Sequence record: EF517093.1
DNA from: a phage
Direction: 5' to 3' (one strand)
Length of the DNA stretch: 565 nucleotides
How positions within the stretch are numbered: position 1 is the stretch's first letter; every line of letters starts with the position of its first letter. The translations under genes were made by a program, and so were the position numbers. The notes below the pieces were generated by a model, which did no database searches, was not told the origin of the DNA, and was given only the letters and a program-made list of their open reading frames with translations. This document shows, in pieces, positions 1 to 565 of this stretch.

Positions 1-441
1 GTTCCGGCTGCTGACCGTGTGTTCTACTGTGACCCAGATAGCTACTCTGCGATTCTGGCAGCACTGATGCCGAACGCAGCAAACTACGCTGCTCTGATTG
101 ACCCTGAGAAGGGTTCTATCCGCAACGTTATGGGCTTTGAGGTTGTAGAAGTTCCGCACCTCACCGCTGGTGGTGCTGGTACCGCTCGTGAGGGCACTAC
201 TGGTCAGAAGCACGTCTTCCCTGCCAATAAAGGTGAGGATAATGTCAAGGTTGCTAAGGACAACATTATCGGCCTGTTCATGCACCGCTCTGCGGTAGGT
301 ACTGTTAAGCTGCGTGACTTGGCTCTGGAGCGCGCTCGCCGTGCTAACTTCCAAGCGGACCAGATTATCGCTAAGTACGCAATGGGCCACGGTGGTCTTC
401 GCCCAGAAGCTGCTGGTGCAGTGGTTTTCAAAGTGGAGTAA
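1..441 (+). CDS. 10A: Major capsid protein 10A, C-terminal 147 codons (5'-partial; start codon lies upstream of the window)
   Basis: Frame +1 is open from base 1 (GTT CCG GCT GCT GAC CGT = VPAADR) and continues through the listed 19..441 ORF to TAA at 439-441. The ORF track's start at GTG 19 is an artefact of the window edge. The translation (…FYCDPDSYSAILAALMPNAANYAALIDPEKGSIRNVMGFEVVEVPHLTAGGAGTAREGTTGQKHVFPANKG…AKYAMGHGGLRPEAAGAVVFKVE*) matches the C-terminus of T7 gp10A as I recall it. Codon choice (CGT, CTG, GGT, AAG, GCT) fits a highly expressed gene. Confidence 0.93.
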   Translation, partial: VPAADRVFYCDPDSYSAILAALMPNAANYAALIDPEKGSIRNVMGFEVVEVPHLTAGGAGTAREGTTGQKHVFPANKGEDNVKVAKDNIIGLFMHRSAVGTVKLRDLALERARRANFQADQIIAKYAMGHGGLRPEAAGAVVFKVE

Positions 442-565
442 TGCTGGGGATGGCCTCAACGGTCGCTGCTAGTCCCGAAGAGGCAAGTGTTACTTCAACA
501 GAAGAAACCTTAACGCCAGCACAGAAGGCCACACGTATCCGCGCTGCTAACAAAGCCCGAAAGGA
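1..565 (+). CDS. 10B: Minor capsid protein 10B, made by programmed -1 ribosomal frameshift; join(1..426,426..565), partial at both ends
   Basis: After the -1 slip at GTT-TTC (T426 read twice), the frame with codons at 426-428, 429-431, … is open to the window end with no stop. It reads FQSGVMLGMASTVAASPEEASVTSTEETLTPAQKATRIRAANKARK, matching the known 10B-specific tail of T7. This frame is closed upstream by TAA at 372-374, so it cannot be an independent long gene. The last 20 nt (GCTAACAAAGCCCGAAAGGA) match the sequence just upstream of the T7 T-phi terminator, familiar from pET vectors. Confidence 0.85.
423..429 (+). other. Programmed -1 ribosomal frameshift site (G GTT TTC), 12 nt upstream of the 10A stop codon
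   Basis: Seen in sequence: a T4 run inside G-GTT-TTC in the 10A frame, with the -1 frame opening immediately downstream. Established knowledge: in T7 gene 10 the tRNA-Phe slips from UUC to the overlapping UUU near codons 341-342 of 10A, giving roughly 10% 10B. This heptamer is not a canonical X-XXY-YYZ motif. Confidence 0.8.

Noticed and set aside
19-21. GTG at 19 as the capsid gene start, as implied by the ORF track
   Set aside because: The frame is open from base 1 with no upstream stop, and the translation is internal capsid sequence. The CDS is truncated by the window edge, and the real start lies about 200 codons upstream.
204-431. 75-aa ORF on the minus strand (MKTTAPAASGRRPPWPIAYLAIIW…)
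   Set aside because: It lies entirely antisense to a confidently identified, highly expressed capsid gene, and T7-type genomes are transcribed from one strand. Its Arg/Ala/Ser/Pro-rich composition is typical of spurious antisense frames, and it has no recognisable ribosome-binding site or homology.
435-565. Independent small gene starting at ATG 441-443, overlapping the 10A stop as TAATG with GGAG at 435-438 upstream
   Set aside because: The GGAG-to-ATG spacing is only 2 nt, too short for a functional Shine-Dalgarno. The same reading frame is fully explained as the 10B frameshift extension, so a separate initiation event is not needed.
1-565. A previously undescribed biological system in this window
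   Set aside because: Every part of the window is accounted for by the gene 10 region of a T7-like phage: the 10A C-terminus, the known -1 frameshift site and the 10B extension. Nothing is left unexplained that would support a novel system.
442-565. Phage promoter or terminator in the region downstream of the 10A stop
   Set aside because: There is no match to the T7 promoter core (TAATACGACTCACTATA) and no GC-rich hairpin followed by a T-tract in the window. The T-phi terminator expected after gene 10 lies beyond position 565.
1-565. Recurrent GCTGCT / GGTGGT hexamers as a repeat element
   Set aside because: These are in-frame Ala-Ala and Gly-Gly codon pairs using preferred codons in an Ala/Gly-rich protein, not a tandem repeat, CRISPR array or mobile-element terminus.

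Overview
This window is the 3' end of the major capsid protein gene (gene 10) of phage T7 or a very close relative, recognised from memory of the protein and flanking DNA, not from a search. Frame +1 is open from base 1 and encodes the last 147 residues of capsid protein 10A (…VPAADRVFYCDPDSY…AAGAVVFKVE), ending at TAA 439-441. Twelve nucleotides before that stop is the U-run GGTTTTC (423-429), where T7 is known to make a programmed -1 ribosomal frameshift producing the minor capsid protein 10B. The -1 frame is open from 375 to the window edge and reads FQSGVMLGMASTVAASPEEASVTSTEETLTPAQKATRIRAANKARK, which matches the 10B-specific tail; its stop and the T-phi terminator lie just beyond the window. 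The window therefore holds a well-described recoding system, not a novel one. I see no promoter, RNA gene, mobile element, CRISPR array or credible reverse-strand gene. A few residues seem to differ from my recollection of T7, which I cannot verify without an alignment.
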